Assembly: GCA_965242865.1 (NCBI GenBank)
Contig: CBDETK010000013.1
Span: 4,864,001 to 4,928,000, forward strand
From: Candidatus Latescibacterota bacterium
Lineage (GTDB): Bacteria; Latescibacterota; UBA2968; UBA8231
Direction of reading: 5' to 3'
Length of the DNA stretch: 64,000 bases
Shown: one piece after another, positions 61,237 to 64,000 of the stretch
Layout of the letters: every line of letters starts with the position of its first letter
Numbering within the stretch: the stretch's first letter is position 1
Program-made: the position numbers and the translations under genes
The notes under the pieces: model-generated
What the model saw: the letters and a program-made list of their open reading frames with translations, nothing else
Databases searched by the model: none
Told to the model about the DNA's origin: nothing

Positions 61237-62511
61237 ATGGAACGAAGAGCATTCTTCAAGGGAATCGCCGCCGCCGCGGCCGCGGCCCCGCTCATGCCCG
61301 AGGGGGCCGCCGGGCTTGGCTCCCTCAATCGAGACCTCGCCGCGGCGAGCAGCCCCCGGGCACTGTGGCAGCGGGTGCGGCGCGAGTTTCGCTTACACCC
61401 GGGCCTCGTGCATCTCAACTGCGGCAGCATTGGGGCGACGCCCCGCGTGGTGACCGACGCCCTGACTGCGTACCTCGCCGAGCTGGAGGGCAATCCGCTG
61501 GCCAATACCTGGGGCGGCCTCGGCAACGAGATGGAAAAGGTGCGGGCCAAGGGGGCCGAGTTCATTGGGGCCGCGCTGGATGAGACCATACTGACGCGCA
61601 ATACGACCGAAGGCATGAACCACGTAGCCAGCGGCCTCGACCTTCGGCCGGGCGACGAGGTGCTGACGACCAATCACGAGCACGGCGGCGGCATGGTCTG
61701 CTGGCAGCACTTGGCGCACACCCGCGGCGTCGTGGTTCGCTACATCAAAATGCCCAATCCCGTGCGCGATGCCGCGCAGATTCTGCAACGAGTGGAGGAT
61801 CACCTGACGCCGCGCACCCGCGTGTGCAGCTTCAGCCACATCGACACCATCACCGGGCTGCAAATGCCGCTGGCAGCCATTGCCGCTCTCACCCGGCCCC
61901 GCGACATCTTGCTGGTCTGCGACGGAGCGCAAGCCCCGGGCATGCTCGATGTCGATGTCAAAGCGCTCGGAGTGGATACCTATGCCTCTAGCAGCCACAA
62001 ATGGATGCTCGCGCCCAAGGGCACGGGCCTGCTCTACATTCGTAAGGAAGTGCAAGACCGCGTCCGGCCCGCGTTTACGTATTCTGGTTATGGTGCCTAT
62101 TCTGCCTCGTCCGGCACTCGCAACGTGCCCCAGATCGTCGCCCACGGGGTGGCCATGGAGTTTCACAACGCCATTGGCCACCCGCGCATTGAAGCGCGCT
62201 GCCGCCAGCTCTGCGGCTACGCCCGCCAGCGTCTGGCGGAAATCCCCCAACTCGCGCCGATCACCCCACTCCAGCGCACCCTCTCCTCGGGCATCGTCAG
62301 CTTCGCGCTCACCAGCGGTCGCCACAGCGCAGTCGTCGCCGCCCTGCAAAAGCGCGACATCTTCCTCAAACCAGCGCAGGGCACGTACGCTTATGTGGAG
62401 GACGCGGACGTGCCCAAGGAAAGCTACAACGCCCTCCGCATCTCCACGCACATTTTCAACGACGAGACCGACATCGACCGCGCCGTTGAGGCGTTGAAGC
62501 GAATCCTCTGA
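61237..62511 (+). CDS. Tat-exported class V PLP-dependent enzyme (isopenicillin N epimerase-like)
   Basis: MERRAFFK Tat motif; LNCGSIG, RNTTEG, DGAQ, SSHKW, LRISTH. Confidence 0.87.
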   Translation: MERRAFFKGIAAAAAAAPLMPEGAAGLGSLNRDLAAASSPRALWQRVRREFRLHPGLVHLNCGSIGATPRVVTDALTAYLAELEGNPLANTWGGLGNEMEKVRAKGAEFIGAALDETILTRNTTEGMNHVASGLDLRPGDEVLTTNHEHGGGMVCWQHLAHTRGVVVRYIKMPNPVRDAAQILQRVEDHLTPRTRVCSFSHIDTITGLQMPLAAIAALTRPRDILLVCDGAQAPGMLDVDVKALGVDTYASSSHKWMLAPKGTGLLYIRKEVQDRVRPAFTYSGYGAYSASSGTRNVPQIVAHGVAMEFHNAIGHPRIEARCRQLCGYARQRLAEIPQLAPITPLQRTLSSGIVSFALTSGRHSAVVAALQKRDIFLKPAQGTYAYVEDADVPKESYNALRISTHIFNDETDIDRAVEALKRIL

Positions 62512-62520
62512 TCCGAGATT

Positions 62521-62627
62521 TTCGCGTAAGGGGAATCCAGTCAGCACCCGGACGAGGTTGAGCCGGGGGAGGCGTCATGCCCGCAACAGAACGTCACCCC
62601 GTGCTCCGACACGGGGCGGGAATCCAG
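62521..62627. repeat. REP-like palindromic element(s) between convergent genes
   Basis: GGGAATCCAG at 62531 and 62618; GTCATGCCCGC...GCGGGAATCCAG encloses the hairpin CCCCGTG-CTCCGA-CACGGGG. Confidence 0.6.
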
Positions 62628-62667
62628 ACCACCGAATCGCTTGCCATCCAACAATAAATGGCGGCGT

Positions 62668-63666
62668 TCAGCGCCGGTTGCCCCCCTCCGGCCCGATCGC
62701 GCCCGCGCTCAGCCCAACGCCCGTGAGCACTTCGCTGTAGCCGGGATAGGTGACCGCGTATTGGAAGCCCTCGTTGGTGCCGGCCGCGCCAACGCGGCCC
62801 TGCTTGTCGAGCGCGATGAAGTTGAGGTGCAACTTCTCGACCGGACGCGGATCGAGTGCGACGATGCGGCCGATGGTCTCGGCGCAGGCTTCCTCCGGGT
62901 GCAGCCCCGCGCGCATGTACTCGACGACGAGGAAGGTCGCGCAGTAGCGCATGACGTTCTCGCCCAAGCCGGTGGCCCCGGCCGCGCCCACGCTCCCATC
63001 GACGTACAGCCCGCTGCCAATGATCGGGGAGTCGCCGACGCGGCCCGGCAATTTGTAGCCCCAGCCGCTGGTCGAGCAGCCGCCGGCGAGCCGCCCCTCC
63101 GCGTCGAGCCCGAGCAGGGCGATGGTATCGTGATTGTCGGCCTCGCCCTGCTTTTCCCGCCATGCCTCCCACGCCGCGCGCCTTTCTTCCGTGAGCAGCT
63201 CGACGCTGGCAAACCCCTGCTCCAGCGCGAACTGCCGCGCCCCTTCGCCGACGAGCATGACGTGCTTGGTCGCGTCCATCACCCGGCGCGCCACCGAGAT
63301 CGGATGCAGGATGCCCTCGATGGCGGCGACGCTACCGGCGCGTTGCCCCTCGCCATCCATGATGCAGGCGTCGAGCTGCACCACGCCTTCGGCGTTGGGC
63401 AGGCCCCCCAATCCGACGGATGCGTTGGAAGCGTCGGCCTCGGCGACGTGGATGCCGCGCTCGACCGCGTCGAGGATGGAGCCACCCTGTTCGGCGGTCC
63501 GCAGCGATTGTTCGTTGGCGGCTTTGCCAAAGGGCCAAGTAGCGACAAAGAGGGGGCGAGCCGTACTCATGGGAAGGTCCTTTTTAGCCTGCGCGGTCCC
63601 GGCCAGCGCTAGGCCGCCGGCGGCTAGCGCGGTCTCGCGCATGAAGCGGCGGCGGCTCAGCGGCAT
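62668..63666 (-). CDS. Tat-exported N(4)-(beta-N-acetylglucosaminyl)-L-asparaginase / asparaginase 2 (Ntn hydrolase)
   Basis: SRRRF Tat motif; SVGLGGLP, LDACIMDG, NHD-TI autocleavage site, GRVGDSPIIGSG, ATGLGE. Confidence 0.92.
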   Translation of the reverse strand: MPLSRRRFMRETALAAGGLALAGTAQAKKDLPMSTARPLFVATWPFGKAANEQSLRTAEQGGSILDAVERGIHVAEADASNASVGLGGLPNAEGVVQLDACIMDGEGQRAGSVAAIEGILHPISVARRVMDATKHVMLVGEGARQFALEQGFASVELLTEERRAAWEAWREKQGEADNHDTIALLGLDAEGRLAGGCSTSGWGYKLPGRVGDSPIIGSGLYVDGSVGAAGATGLGENVMRYCATFLVVEYMRAGLHPEEACAETIGRIVALDPRPVEKLHLNFIALDKQGRVGAAGTNEGFQYAVTYPGYSEVLTGVGLSAGAIGPEGGNRR

Positions 63667-63669
63667 GAC

Positions 63670-64000
63670 CTAATCCTCGTCGGCGTCATCGTGGTGGTCG
63701 GGTTCGTCGCTGTCTTTATAGGCAACGGCGGCGATCTCGACTCGAAAGTCAAAGACGATCTGCGCCCCGCCGGTGCAGGCCCGCGCCGGAAATTGCTCCG
63801 CAAAGTACGAGGCATAAGCCTTGTTCATCTCGTGGTAGTCCTCGATGTCCGCGAGCCAGACGGTGACGTTGACCAAGTCGTCGAACCCATAGCCGTGCTC
63901 TTGGAGGAGCCGGCCAATGTTTTCCATGATCTGGTGGGTCTCGGCCGCGACCGATTCCTTGACGTCGGCGCCGTCGGCCGTGCGGGCAATCTGGCCGCTG
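63670..64000 (-). CDS. RidA/YjgF family protein (partial, 5' end outside the window)
   Basis: SGQIA...ETHQIMENI...VTVWLADI..Y.EMNKAY...PAR...VEIAAVA. Confidence 0.9.
   Translation of the reverse strand, partial: SGQIARTADGADVKESVAAETHQIMENIGRLLQEHGYGFDDLVNVTVWLADIEDYHEMNKAYASYFAEQFPARACTGGAQIVFDFRVEIAAVAYKDSDEPDHHDDADED

Overview
High-GC bacterial chromosomal window with dense coding. The C-terminal TWGKIK motif, FlgD/T9SS-type-B-like C-terminal domains, a CRTAC1/ASPIC-UnbV + TPR pair and a PhyH enzyme suggest an FCB-related candidate phylum such as Latescibacterota, possibly a sponge symbiont (inference). In order: a partial secreted HEXXH/beta-propeller protein; a complete F1Fo ATP synthase operon directly downstream of a complete Na+-NQR operon (nqrA-F, nqrM; no apbE); a biotin cluster (bioF-bioH/K-bioC-bioD-bioA convergent on bioB) with panB; an AGCS symporter; a GT-C membrane protein, class III aminotransferase and methyltransferase; a family-5 ABC importer with a tandemly duplicated, pocket-diverged binding protein and an enolase-family dehydratase; PhyH, TIM-barrel, CysE-like and MBL enzymes. 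Two regions stand out: (1) an uncharacterised six-gene cell-surface operon (41.3-52.2 kb) of a TWGKIK-tagged protein, terminator, lipoprotein, three paralogous discoidin+FlgD-CTD proteins ending in -VAY, and a large putative outer-membrane protein; (2) a lower-GC defence island (52.2-58.3 kb) with a Cas2/VapD-like + 2TM pair, an orphan HicB coupled to a WDGYG protein and an ART-like putative toxin, an MmeI-family RM enzyme and an orphan beta-class MTase. The window ends with CRTAC1/TPR, two Tat-exported enzymes, a REP-like element and a partial RidA. No rRNA, tRNA, CRISPR array or transposase was seen. All family calls are by motif recognition, without database searches.
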